Both the position numbers and the translations under genes were made by a program. A DNA stretch of 63,926 bases, the filler included, from Octopus bimaculoides (lineage: Eukaryota), in the NCBI RefSeq assembly GCF_001194135.2. It is 7 parts of 7 records of this genome, joined end to end, with 100 filler letters (N's around TTAATTAATTAA, not from the genome) between each part and the next. Parts side by side here need not be neighbours in the genome. Positions count along the whole stretch, not along the records: positions 61,984 to 63,926 come from NC_068988.1; 6 more parts are not named here. One strand, given 5' to 3'. Positions 62,826 through 63,926 of the stretch are shown here, one piece after another. The notes below the pieces were generated by a model, which searched no databases, had not been told where the DNA came from, and saw only the letters and a program-made list of their open reading frames with translations. The first letter of the stretch is position 1; each line of letters starts with the position of its first letter.

Positions 62826-62989
62826 AGAATTTTATATTAGTATTTTTATTATTATTATTATTCAGTAGTTTTATTTTTATAACGTGCTTNNNNNNNNNNN
62901 NNNNNNNNNNNNNNNNNNNNNNNNNNNNNNNNNNNNNNNNNNNNNNNNNNNNNNNNNNNNNNNNNNNNNNNNNNNNNNNNNNNNNNNNN

Positions 62990-63022
<33 letters not shown>

Positions 63023-63833
63023 TTTTAACTTTTTTTTATTATTATTACTATCATTACTATTATTGTTGTTGTTGCTATTTTGCATCAAAAAATTCATTCG
63101 AAAATTATAACACTACATTTTACTTTCAGAAAGATACTCTATAGTGCGATGCATTAATATAACCATTTACTCTATTATTAACCTCCCACCGCCGCCAAGA
63201 AAATCATAACCATAATGCGAAGTAGCAAACATTCCCCAAAGCGTAATGATCAGTGTTTCACACCGTTAGGCAGACAACTCCTACTTCACGATAGTTGCTC
63301 TCCTTTTTCATGAGTGACTGGTACAATAAAAGCTGCGGATCAGAACCGTATATTTTACAGCTTTAAAAATTATGAATGAAAGGAATGTAGTGAAAGCCTA
63401 TTTCAGTCATAACTTCACCAAAATAATACACATACAAACACAGACATGGACACAAAAACACGCACATATATGCACATATATTACATGTATACTCATACAG
63501 AGATATGGTAAAGGGAGGTATAGGAAGAAAGAGGGTAATTCTGCGAGTGAGAATGAGTTGGAGAGAATGAGACGTGGATGACTGATAGATAAAAACAGGT
63601 ACATAAGATGTATCATAAAACGCAATGGTTTATATGTTTATGCATGCATATATTTCTTGTCTGTCACAATGCATTATGATTCAACGCACACTTAATCTCA
63701 CCCACACCTACTCACACACACACCAAACAGTTACGCATACACACGTGTACAAACTACACACGTCCATACACGCCAATACAAAAGCATATGCATAAATATT
63801 TTCATATATATGCTTACATGTATATCTATCTAC

Positions 63834-63897
<64 letters not shown>

Positions 63898-63926
63898 TTA
63901 TCTCTCTCTCTCTCTCTCTGTCTCTC

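Overview
Repeat-saturated eukaryotic DNA (CA/AT/ATAC/TAT/GGT microsatellites, many N gaps). The SINE and LINE families look cephalopod/Octopus-like; this is an inference from recalled repeat families, not a database hit. The window is not one contiguous locus: six identical 100-bp spacers (N44-TTAATTAATTAA-N44) join seven separate scaffolds. No host protein-coding gene can be supported, and most ORF-track entries are microsatellite or N artefacts. Supported content: a decayed ~4.8-kb Gypsy LTR retrotransposon (2749-7534, minus); several decayed mariner/Tc1 elements; RTE, CR1/L2-type and R4/Dong-type LINE remnants; Penelope-like GIY-YIG remnants; and many tRNA-derived SINE copies. Best findings: (1) a 237-bp non-autonomous element inserted in the Gypsy RT with a 9-bp TSD, combining a 5' fold-back hairpin, a tRNA-like head and a minimal hammerhead-ribozyme motif, with a head-to-head palindromic copy of the same head at 19.4-19.6 kb; (2) four more minimal hammerhead-like motifs from other repeat families; (3) two different telomeric-repeat-containing MITEs on different scaffolds, both inserted at the same CTTTGCTG(TA) target.
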